From positions 78,384 to 142,383 of the forward strand of contig CAZSIT010000003.1 of the NCBI GenBank assembly GCA_964607165.1: a stretch of 64,000 bases of DNA. Direction: 5' to 3'. A model generated the notes under the pieces. It had not been told where the DNA came from. It worked only from the letters and a program-made list of their open reading frames with translations, and did no database searches. The DNA is from an uncultured Ignavibacteria bacterium. GTDB lineage: Bacteria; Zixibacteria; MSB-5A5; DSPP01. Both the position numbers and the translations under genes were made by a program. Shown here piece by piece: positions 36,901 to 43,320 of the stretch; within the stretch, counting starts at the first letter, position 1; each line of letters starts with the position of its first letter.

Positions 36901-37193
36901 TGGATAAATTGAAAATCGGATTGGGCGAAGTTAGCAAAAATTTGAATGCGATTACCACCGAAGCATTTTTGGATTTCGGACAGGGGTGGAACTCCACCAA
37001 AACCCCGCCGTCGGCCGATTTTCTGGCCGATTTCGGGCTGGCCGCCAGCTACCGCATTCCTTACCAATGGCTGCGAAACGGTCTGGGAAACGAGTCGATT
37101 CGCTTTTACGTCCCACTCTATCTTTCCGACCCCCCCTCTGGTGAAAGGCCTTGGAAATTTCGCTGGCTTTTTGCCTATTCGGTGAAATTCTAA
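33960..37193 (+). CDS. M1-family zinc metallopeptidase fused to a C-terminal Omp85-like beta-barrel
   Basis: Signal peptide. ..GGGIEYPQMTII.. (GxMEN-equivalent), HEIGHNWFYG and ..AFLDEGFTSF.. (HEXXH-18-E). C-terminal ~390 aa are beta-rich with ..GGGDLHGYLF.. and end ..FAYSVKF. Confidence 0.85.
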   Translation: MKKIVLSSLMLVTVVSAQAEWKANRWQQWVDYTVEVTIDAKNKILTGTEKLVYTNNSPDTLRTVYFHLYLNAFQPGSYTDLRLRQFGFFDTKDLPLKEQGAESLSYFAVSGVETPFTMDNTIMKADLPQPLLPGKSVTFDIRFKDKIPPDGDRMGFRGKHIDMGQWYPRMAVYDHKGWHADQHMGHEFYADYGRFNVSVTLPKEYILGHTGKLMNEEELFPGGLPVPGGDTVLVDILKIYKERQKKEKADTLAGDSTAQGTESLKKMAGGRPNRKQNDEDGNSLSRREMRRGGSGGDNRRSRERGEARDSSSGKDSVEVRTWKMFADTVFDFAFAADPGYLWDRAQWNGIIINSLYTPDRKRFWADSGAVYTRFIIKFYSETFGMWPYPQFTSCVGDVGGGIEYPQMTIITRRSGRDFSHGLFSILAHEIGHNWFYGLIGNNETYEAFLDEGFTSFATCLVMEDRYGRYENANAWGKWYQKKFFYNDDERQGEQRSYIRFSKTGAEEPIDTHSDQFLGGGAYNIAVYQKTASMLFMLQYTLGDSVFDRAMKEYYRQWHFHHPYRDDFVSSMEKSSGRHLEWFFRQWLDRTFTVDYALDKVKSKKNGKSYTAEVKVKRKGRAIMPLDLDLRLENGQVVNQKIPVDFWQNSEAERTFSYEVLAKVRSAELNPDSRIADVNRLNNTYPVPRVRTNFDPPRMFFPSTPTRNPIDAYQIVWRPNIWYNRVDFLKLGLNFSGSYIGVDHNTNFELWGGTKSGNFDFDLRYNSRLYAFGPRWNWNFSAYNVEGRQGGNVGLTKQLGQTRFFGGGAPKQVSAGFSFSRLSKGEYLPAFSQYGLGRVANLYFNLSTSWTKGKISSQFDGGLTTSLPRSRFAYSKLWLELNNTLDLIKKFPTSFRIFAGTSDGLVPLQNRYYLATASPSEIFASRWYRSKETLPEEWKNSGHLYPPGGGDLHGYLFANRDARHIAALNARVGFDNPLTWSLDKLKIGLGEVSKNLNAITTEAFLDFGQGWNSTKTPPSADFLADFGLAASYRIPYQWLRNGLGNESIRFYVPLYLSDPPSGERPWKFRWLFAYSVKF

Positions 37194-37204
37194 GAGTACA
37201 AGTG

Positions 37205-38947
37205 ATGAAAACCCTCTTTTTATTTCTTGTCGGGACTCTATTATCCATGCCTGTTTCAGCCGAAGTGAAAATCGCTTTTGGCGTGGAAGAAAGGCTGGCC
37301 AGGCAGGACTCCGTGAAAGTGTGGGTATTTTTTAAAGATAAAGGGGTTGAATTCCAGGATAACGTTCTTTTGCGAAAGGCGGCGGAAGCGACTGTAAGCA
37401 ATGAAAGCCTGCGGCGGAGGGTTAACCGCTTGGGAAACAGGCCGCTTTTTGATTATTCGGATTTGCCTTTGAATCGAGTGTATCTGGAGCAGATTTTGAA
37501 CGCCGGCTGTCTAATCGACAACGTTTCGCGCTGGCTGAATGCCGCTTCGGTTTGGATGGATAAAACAGCCTTGGACAAAGTGAAACAATTATTCATCGTT
37601 GATTCGGTGAAATTGGTGCTTTCGGCAAAGAGATTGGAACCGAAGCCAACCGGAGAGCCCTTATTCCGTCCGGTTCAGCCAGACAGTTTCGTTTTGAATT
37701 ATGGGCCATCGCTGGACCAGCTGCAACAGATAAACGTGCCAATTTTGCATCGGTTGGGTTATTCGGGGAAGGGGGTAAGAGTGGCTATGTTTGACACCGG
37801 TTTTTTGTTATCCCATATAGCGTTTGATTCCTTGCGGCTGACCGGGAGAATTTTGGCCACGCGGGATTTTATTCACGACGATACGGACGTGGTAGATTTA
37901 AACGATGCTGACGGGGCTGCACAGCGGTTTCACGGAACTTTGACCTTTTCTGCAATGGCTGGATTTACCGAGGGTTCGCTTGTTGGGCCGGCATTTGGGG
38001 CATCTTTCCTTCTGGCAAAAACCGAAGTTGTGGCGACCGAGACGCTCTTGGTAGAGGAAGACAATTGGGTGGCAGCTTTGGAATGGGCGGACAGTATGGG
38101 GGCGGAAGTCGTTTCCTCCTCGGTGGGTTATTTCATCGGGGATGACGGAATCGGCTATACTCAAAGTCAGATGGATGGGAACACGGCGGTCACGACAGTG
38201 GCGGCGGATATGGCAATGGCTAAAGGGATTTTGGTGGTAAATGCAGCTGGAAACGAGCGAGGCAACTCCTGGGGCACGCTTATCGCTTCGGCTGATGGCG
38301 ATTCGGTTTTGGCGGTAGGCGCGGTCAACAACCTGGGACAGATTGCCAGCTTCAGTTCGCCCGGGCCCTCGGCGGATGGTCGGATTAAACCGGATGTCTG
38401 CGCGCGTGGGGTTGCCACGGTTTGCGCCTCCTCTTTTTCCAATACAAGCTTTGGATTTGCATCGGGAACTTCCCTTTCAACCCCACTGGTAGCGGGGGCG
38501 GCGGCTTTGCTTTTTGAAATCGATACGACTTTGTCGCCGTTTGCGGCCTACACCCGTTTACGTCAAACGGCAAGTCAGGCCTCGAGTCCGGATAATGATT
38601 TGGGGTATGGGATTATCAATGCGCTTTCGGCTTCAGGGTTGGCCTCGCAGATAGTGAACGGTGGGAGAGAGCCGATTGAAATTAAGGTTTTTCCGAACCC
38701 CTCTTTTGGACGGATGATACTGCGGATTAGCACGCAGAACAGACGGAACGTGAAAGTGGCGATTTTTTCGACAGCCGGGGAAGTGGTCAGGCAATTGCAG
38801 GTCGAGACTTTCGGCAGTATGGTGCCCTCGGATTTGGTTTGGAATGGGGAGAATCAGAAAGGGGAACCAGTCTCCGCAGGGATTTATTTTGGAGTGGTAA
38901 AAGCGGGTGAAACCGAGGAAAGTTTTAAATTGGCGGTGGTGCATTAA
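37205..38947 (+). CDS. S8 subtilisin-like serine protease with T9SS-type C-terminal sorting domain
   Basis: ATG 37205 gives signal MKTLFLFLVGTLLSMPVSA. Triad blocks VAMFDTGF, HGTLTFS and SGTSLSTPLVAGAAALL. CTD is ..IKVFPNPSFGRMILRI..VAIFSTAGEVV..SAGIYFGVVKAG..KLAVVH. Confidence 0.9.
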   Translation: MKTLFLFLVGTLLSMPVSAEVKIAFGVEERLARQDSVKVWVFFKDKGVEFQDNVLLRKAAEATVSNESLRRRVNRLGNRPLFDYSDLPLNRVYLEQILNAGCLIDNVSRWLNAASVWMDKTALDKVKQLFIVDSVKLVLSAKRLEPKPTGEPLFRPVQPDSFVLNYGPSLDQLQQINVPILHRLGYSGKGVRVAMFDTGFLLSHIAFDSLRLTGRILATRDFIHDDTDVVDLNDADGAAQRFHGTLTFSAMAGFTEGSLVGPAFGASFLLAKTEVVATETLLVEEDNWVAALEWADSMGAEVVSSSVGYFIGDDGIGYTQSQMDGNTAVTTVAADMAMAKGILVVNAAGNERGNSWGTLIASADGDSVLAVGAVNNLGQIASFSSPGPSADGRIKPDVCARGVATVCASSFSNTSFGFASGTSLSTPLVAGAAALLFEIDTTLSPFAAYTRLRQTASQASSPDNDLGYGIINALSASGLASQIVNGGREPIEIKVFPNPSFGRMILRISTQNRRNVKVAIFSTAGEVVRQLQVETFGSMVPSDLVWNGENQKGEPVSAGIYFGVVKAGETEESFKLAVVH

Positions 38948-38965
38948 AACATTTGCTGTTTTTCT

Positions 38966-38996
38966 TTGACAGTTTAGCATAAAAAAGCTAATTTTG
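38966..38996 (+). promoter_or_regulatory. Candidate promoter TTGACA-17 nt-TAATTTTG upstream of the aminotransferase operon
   Basis: Consensus -35, 17-nt spacer, then TAATTT / TAnnTTTG-type box, about 150 nt before ATG 39148. Confidence 0.4.
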
Positions 38997-39083
38997 TGGT
39001 TATGCAGGTAGTTATGCGTAAGATTCTGTTGTGCATCTGGCTGAAATGCCAGACCTAAACTTTCCTCCTCACCCGACGTTTTA

Positions 39084-39112
39084 GTTGTGTCAGGAGTAAC
39101 TCCCGACACAAC
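39084..39112 (+). other. Long leader hairpin GTTGTGTCaGGAG-taa-CTCCcGACACAAC
   Basis: 12 paired positions read directly, lying between the candidate promoter and the SD (AAGGAGG) of the aminotransferase gene. Confidence 0.45.
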
Positions 39113-39147
39113 AGAAAAAAACTGCAAACCGATTTTAAGGAGGAAAA

Positions 39148-40488
39148 ATGTTTGTAAATCCATTACTTAAGACCCGCTTACCTGGGCCGAAGTCCAAGAA
39201 AATTATCAAACAGGATGAAAAATTCGTCTCGCCGTCCTATACGCGCACCCATCCGGTGGTGATTGAAAAGGGAGCAGGGGCGCTTCTCTGGGATGTGGAT
39301 GGAAACCGGTTTTTGGATTTTCATTCCGGCATCGGCGTGACTTCCACCGGCAGCGTGCATCCGCGCGTGGTCAATGCCGCCGTGCGGCAGATGAAGAAAG
39401 CGATGCACATCGCCACGGCCGATTTTTATCATCAACCGGTAGCGGAATTAGCGAAGAAGATTACTTCCATTACGCCGGGGAGATTCCCCAAGCGCGTTTT
39501 TTTCACCAATTCCGGCACGGAGGCGGTGGAAGCGGCCTTCAAGCTGGCACGCTACAACCGGCGCCGGCCAAGAACGATTGCTTTCATAAACTCTTTTCAC
39601 GGCCGCACGATGGGAGCGCTTTCGCTTACCTGCAGCCGCTTGCGCCAGCGTGAGCGGTTTGCGCCGCTCGTGCCGGAGGTTACCCACGTTCCGTATGCTT
39701 ACTGCTACCGCTGCCCGTATAACTTAAAATTCCCTTCCTGCAACTTCCACTGTGTACAGGTTATCGAAGACGTTTATCTCAATAAAGTTGCTCCCGCTGA
39801 TGAGGTGGCTGCTATGTTTGTCGAACCGATTCAGGGAGAGGGAGGGTACGTGGTTCCTCCTCCGGGGTATCATCAACGGCTGAAAAAGATGTGTGAAAAA
39901 TATGGGATCCTATTTGTCGCCGATGAAGTGCAATCGGGAATGGGAAAGACGGGAAAAATGTTTGCCATCGAGCATTGGGATGTCGTGCCGGATATTATTG
40001 CCACCGCGAAGGCCTTGGGCTCTGGTTTGCCGATTGGGGCCGCCATTGCTTCCGCCAAGTTGATGAGCTGGGAGCCGGGTGCGCATTCCACCACCTTTGG
40101 CGGGAACCCGGTCGCCTGTGCCGCGGCTTTGGAGACCATCAAACTGCTCGAGAATGGATTGATGAAAAACGCCGAGCGGGTGGGAAAATTGATGATGACC
40201 GAGCTCGACCGGATGATGGAGCGGCACGAGATTATCGGCGACGTGCGCGGCAAGGGGTTGATGATTGGAATTGAAATCGTCAAGGACAGGAAATCCAAAA
40301 AGCCGATGCCGGAATGGGCAGAGGGAATTATGATGGAGGCCTTCCGGCGAGGGCTTATGATGCTGACCTGCGGGCCCAACAGCTTGCGCATCGTGCCGCC
40401 CTTGGTCATCACGGTCGAGCAGGCAATGGCGGGTCTGGGCATTTTGGAAAAGAGCATTATGGCGTTTGAATCGAAAAAGAAAAAGTAA
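39148..40488 (+). CDS. Class-III PLP-dependent aminotransferase (4-aminobutyrate/acetylornithine aminotransferase-like)
   Basis: ..FTNSGTEAVEAAFKLAR.., ..ADEVQSGMGKTGKMFA.., ..IATAKALGSGLP.. (PLP lysine block). Confidence 0.9.
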   Translation: MFVNPLLKTRLPGPKSKKIIKQDEKFVSPSYTRTHPVVIEKGAGALLWDVDGNRFLDFHSGIGVTSTGSVHPRVVNAAVRQMKKAMHIATADFYHQPVAELAKKITSITPGRFPKRVFFTNSGTEAVEAAFKLARYNRRRPRTIAFINSFHGRTMGALSLTCSRLRQRERFAPLVPEVTHVPYAYCYRCPYNLKFPSCNFHCVQVIEDVYLNKVAPADEVAAMFVEPIQGEGGYVVPPPGYHQRLKKMCEKYGILFVADEVQSGMGKTGKMFAIEHWDVVPDIIATAKALGSGLPIGAAIASAKLMSWEPGAHSTTFGGNPVACAAALETIKLLENGLMKNAERVGKLMMTELDRMMERHEIIGDVRGKGLMIGIEIVKDRKSKKPMPEWAEGIMMEAFRRGLMMLTCGPNSLRIVPPLVITVEQAMAGLGILEKSIMAFESKKKK

Positions 40489-41518
40489 CGGGTCGAAGGT
40501 GCATGACGCCCGCTCCGCGGTACTGGCGCAGGTTTTCAGAGGAGGCGTGGTCGAGTCGGTTCATTACGGCTCGGTGGCGGTTGTCGATTCGAACGGCAAG
40601 CTGCTTTATTATTCTGGCAATCCGGAATTCGTTACCTTTTTTCGCTCCGCTTCCAAGCCGTTTCAGGTTTTGCCGTTGATTGAAGAAGGCGGGGTCGAAA
40701 AATATGGTTTCGCTTCTGAAGAGATTGCAATAATGGCCGGGTCGCATTCGGGTCAGCCGGAACACATTGCCGTTATTGATCGAATCCTGCAAAAAGTCGG
40801 AATTTCAGAGAGCGATTTGCAGTGTGGGACACATATTCCGCATTTCTACACGGTCCATAACAAGGCTTCCGAGCCGAATCGGAAATTTGATCAGCGCTAT
40901 CATAACTGTTCGGGAAAACATTCTGGAATGATTGCCTTGAGTTTGATGATGGGAGAAGATAAAGCGGATTATTTAAACCCAAAAAGCAAGACGCAGAAAC
41001 GGATTTTGAAAAGCGTCGCGGAGGCGTGCCGGATTTCGGTCACCAAAATCGGGATGAGTACAGATGGCTGTTCGGCCCCCAATTTTGCCGTGCCATTGAA
41101 AAATATGGCGTGGGGGTTTGCTCAATTGGTAATTGCTCAAAAGCTTAAGGGAAAATTTGGGAATGCAATGCATACGGTCTTGTCCGCGATGGTTAAACAC
41201 CCGCTTATGGTTTCGGGAGAAAAGCGGCTGGACTTTATTTTGGCCCAAAATTTTGGCGGCAAAGTCGTCGCCAAAGCAGGGGCAGAAGCAGTAGAGTGCT
41301 TTGGGCTGACGGATAATGGATGGGGTGTGGCCGTAAAGATTGCGGACGGTTCTTCCAGAGGAATGGCGCCGATAGTTTTTTCGGTTCTACGACAATTGGG
41401 ATACAAGTATGATCCGGAAAACTTGAGGGATTACGTTTGTGTGCCGGTTAAGAATTACCGACAAACGGTTGTCGGGAAAATCGAAGCGGCGATTAGATTG
41501 GAGAAAGTAGGGGTTTGA
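40466..41518 (+). CDS. Asparaginase II family protein (start uncertain; GTG 40499 possible)
   Basis: ..ESVHYGSVAVVDSNGKLLYYSGNPEFVTFFRSASKPFQ.., ..GSHSGQPEH.., ..NCSGKHSGM.. are typical of the Rhizobium-type asparaginase II family. Confidence 0.82.
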   Translation: MNRKRKSNGSKVHDARSAVLAQVFRGGVVESVHYGSVAVVDSNGKLLYYSGNPEFVTFFRSASKPFQVLPLIEEGGVEKYGFASEEIAIMAGSHSGQPEHIAVIDRILQKVGISESDLQCGTHIPHFYTVHNKASEPNRKFDQRYHNCSGKHSGMIALSLMMGEDKADYLNPKSKTQKRILKSVAEACRISVTKIGMSTDGCSAPNFAVPLKNMAWGFAQLVIAQKLKGKFGNAMHTVLSAMVKHPLMVSGEKRLDFILAQNFGGKVVAKAGAEAVECFGLTDNGWGVAVKIADGSSRGMAPIVFSVLRQLGYKYDPENLRDYVCVPVKNYRQTVVGKIEAAIRLEKVGV

Positions 41519-41534
41519 TTAATCAAACCCCTAC
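41507..41534. repeat. 28-nt perfect palindrome GTAGGGGTTTGATT/AATCAAACCCCTAC spanning the asparaginase stop codon
   Basis: Read directly. No mismatch and no loop. Lies 10 nt before the next ATG. Confidence 0.8.
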
Positions 41535-41544
41535 GAATAAATAG

Positions 41545-42228
41545 ATGAAGGGAACTATAGTAAACACGGCTACAGTTTTGATTGGAGCGTCTATTGGATA
41601 TTTCGCGGGAGCGCGGCTGCCGGAACGAATCCGAACCATAGTCATGCAAGCGTTGGGTTTGGTGACTTTGCTTATAGGTGTGCGGATGATTTTGGCGGCA
41701 CAGGGTTCGGATGCGGTTCTGAAGGTGGCCGGTGCTTTGCTGTTGGGGGGAATTGCCGGAGAGCTTTTGAGAATTGAGCAGGGGTTGGAACGAACAGGAG
41801 AATATCTTAAAGTAAAAATGCAATCGAGTTCCTCCACCTTCGTTTTGGGGTTCGTTTCCGCTTCGCTTCTGTTTTGCGTGGGGCCGATGACCATTGTCGG
41901 TTCGATTGAAGACGGCGTGCGCGGAAATGCAACTATACTTTACACCAAATCGATTATGGATGGGGTGGCGGCGATTGCTTTGACTTCGAGTTTGGGTGTA
42001 GGAGTTTTCTTTTCGGCAATTACCGTTTTGGTCATCCAGGGCGGCCTGACGCTTTTGGGGGCTCATATTGGAGTTTTGTCCCAACCTGCAGTTATTGACA
42101 ATCTGACCTCCACCGGCGGAGCGATGATTCTGGGGATTTCCTTTAAGCTTTTGAATATCGCCGCCATCCGGGTGGCCAATTTCCTACCCGCCCTGGTGTT
42201 TGTGATTTTCTTTTCGCTCTGGTTGTAG
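41545..42228 (+). CDS. DUF554-family (YqgA/YdfK-like) membrane protein
   Basis: MKGTIVNTATVLIGASIGYFAGARLPERIRTIVMQALGLVTLLIG.. is typical of the DUF554 N-terminus. Polytopic. Confidence 0.85.
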   Translation: MKGTIVNTATVLIGASIGYFAGARLPERIRTIVMQALGLVTLLIGVRMILAAQGSDAVLKVAGALLLGGIAGELLRIEQGLERTGEYLKVKMQSSSSTFVLGFVSASLLFCVGPMTIVGSIEDGVRGNATILYTKSIMDGVAAIALTSSLGVGVFFSAITVLVIQGGLTLLGAHIGVLSQPAVIDNLTSTGGAMILGISFKLLNIAAIRVANFLPALVFVIFFSLWL

Positions 42229-42242
42229 TCTATGGTGAGATT

Positions 42243-42273
42243 AAAAAAGCCCCGCCTTCCGGCGGGGCTTTTT
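42243..42273. terminator. Bidirectional intrinsic terminator
   Basis: AAAAAAGCCCCGCC-ttcc-GGCGGGGCTTTTT: 9-bp GC stem flanked by A-run and T-run, between convergent units. Confidence 0.85.
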
Positions 42274-42298
42274 CCGAATGAGCCTTTTTGCGCCCTGC

Positions 42299-42370
42299 TC
42301 AGGGCTCGGTAGTGCTGCCGCAGGAACAGTTACAGACAGGCCGCAGCATATACCGTCTGGTCCAGTTCAT
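42299..42370 (-). CDS. Unannotated micro-ORF, 23 aa, MNWTRRYMLRPVCNCSCGSTTEP
   Basis: Hand translation. ATG is preceded by AAGGAGGTGAgttt. Last ORF before the terminator. Not in the ORF track (<60 aa). Confidence 0.5.
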   Translation of the reverse strand: MNWTRRYMLRPVCNCSCGSTTEP

Positions 42371-42420
42371 AAACTCACCTCCTTAATGCAAAGCAGGTTG
42401 GATATTCAACCGCGTCAAGT

Positions 42421-42516
42421 TCAGCCGCACTTGCAAGAGCAGCAGTTACATTTCGATTCAGCTCCGGGCTTGGAAGCAGCCTCGTCGCAGGTGCAGCAAC
42501 AGCAGGATTGTGACAT
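42421..42516 (-). CDS. Unannotated Cys-rich micro-ORF, 31 aa, MSQSCCCCTCDEAASKPGAESKCNCCSCKCG (metallothionein-like composition)
   Basis: Hand translation. 10 of 31 residues are Cys. ATG is preceded by AAGGAGGTGAaaacg. Lies 72 nt downstream of the ArsR/SmtB regulator on the same strand. Confidence 0.6.
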   Translation of the reverse strand: MSQSCCCCTCDEAASKPGAESKCNCCSCKCG

Positions 42517-42588
42517 CGTTTTCACCTCCTTTCCAAATACCGTCATATTGATATATTCGTATTTATGTATAAGTCATACTAAAAAAAT

Positions 42589-42948
42589 TCAGCCGTTTTT
42601 GTATTTGGTTGAAAAGTTTAAAAGCACCGGCTGGCAGCAGGCGAAGCTGGAAAAAAAGCCGATGCAGCAGGCTTTAATTTTAACCTCGGCGACGTCGTAA
42701 TAGACATTCTGGCCTTTCCGCTCGGCGGTCACCAGCCCGGCATTTTTCAAAACCGATAAATGACGGGAGATGGTGGGCTGGGAGAGGTTGAAAAAGTTCA
42801 CGATTTCATTCACCGCGCGCTTCTTCCCCTCCAGCATCAAAAGGATTTTCTGGCGGGTGGGGTCGGCCAAGGCCTTGAAAATGGGGGCGAATTGCCGGGC
42901 AGTTTCTTCGGTTTTGGTTTTCATATTCTCTAATAGCAATATACGCAT
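42589..42948 (-). CDS. ArsR/SmtB-family metalloregulator
   Basis: Winged-helix block ..FKALADPTRQKILLMLEGKKRAVNEIVNFFNLSQPTISRHLSVLKNAGLV... No ELCVCDL-type site. C-terminal CC..CC (..KACCIGFFSSFACCQP..). Confidence 0.9.
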   Translation of the reverse strand: MRILLLENMKTKTEETARQFAPIFKALADPTRQKILLMLEGKKRAVNEIVNFFNLSQPTISRHLSVLKNAGLVTAERKGQNVYYDVAEVKIKACCIGFFSSFACCQPVLLNFSTKYKNG

Positions 42949-43161
42949 AAATCAATGAAAAGTTTAGGATTTTTTAAAAACCTGATAGGACCGTTATCCA
43001 AAGAAAAATGAGGAACTCGGCAAAAAGTTTCACGATAAAGGGCGGAAAATGTTAGAGGGTGGATTTTACATAAAGATAAGTCATTGAAAATGAATCGGAT
43101 TTGCAGATTGCAAGGATTGGCAGGCAGGTTGCTTCAAATGCACTTTTTTGGGGGTAGGGGC

Positions 43162-43189
43162 TTGACATTTCATTTTGGTGTAGTATCTT
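43162..43189 (+). promoter_or_regulatory. Candidate promoter TTGACA-16 nt-TATCTT upstream of the porU-like operon
   Basis: Consensus -35 at 43162-43167 and -10-like TATCTT at 43184-43189. Confidence 0.4.
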
Positions 43190-43279
43190 AGCTACTGTAG
43201 AAAGGAGATTTGCCGAGAAGGTTTAGTTAAAGGTTTGTCGGCCAACAACGGAAGGCCGTAGAAAATATTGGAATTAAAG

Positions 43280-43313
43280 CCGAAAGGGCGACAACCCCCT
43301 TTTCGGTTTTTTT
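43280..43313 (+). terminator. Terminator/attenuator-like hairpin + T8 immediately upstream of the porU-like ATG
   Basis: CCGAAAGGG-(8 nt)-CCCTTTTCGG (9 bp, one bulge) followed by TTTTTTTT, 7 nt before ATG 43321. Confidence 0.45.
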
Positions 43314-43320
43314 TATCGGA

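Noticed and set aside
39873-40457. 194-aa minus-strand ORF opposite the aminotransferase; similarly 51545-52132 and 28882-29388 opposite the proteases.
   Set aside because: They are antisense to genes with clear catalytic motifs.
41455-42084. 209-aa and 123-aa minus-strand ORFs opposite the DUF554 gene.
   Set aside because: They are shadow ORFs of a polytopic membrane protein gene, with Arg/Gln/Ser-rich composition.
42278-42700. 140-aa plus-strand ORF covering the region between the terminator and the ArsR gene.
   Set aside because: It has no SD, low-complexity Gln/Ser/Leu composition, and overlaps the 3' end of the ArsR gene. It is antisense to two micro-ORFs that each have strong SD sites and fit the operon and terminator geometry.
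43202-43260. Possible leader peptide after AAGGAG in the porU-like leader.
   Set aside because: The only nearby start candidates are TTG 2 nt after the SD or a non-standard ATT, so no credible mini-ORF exists.
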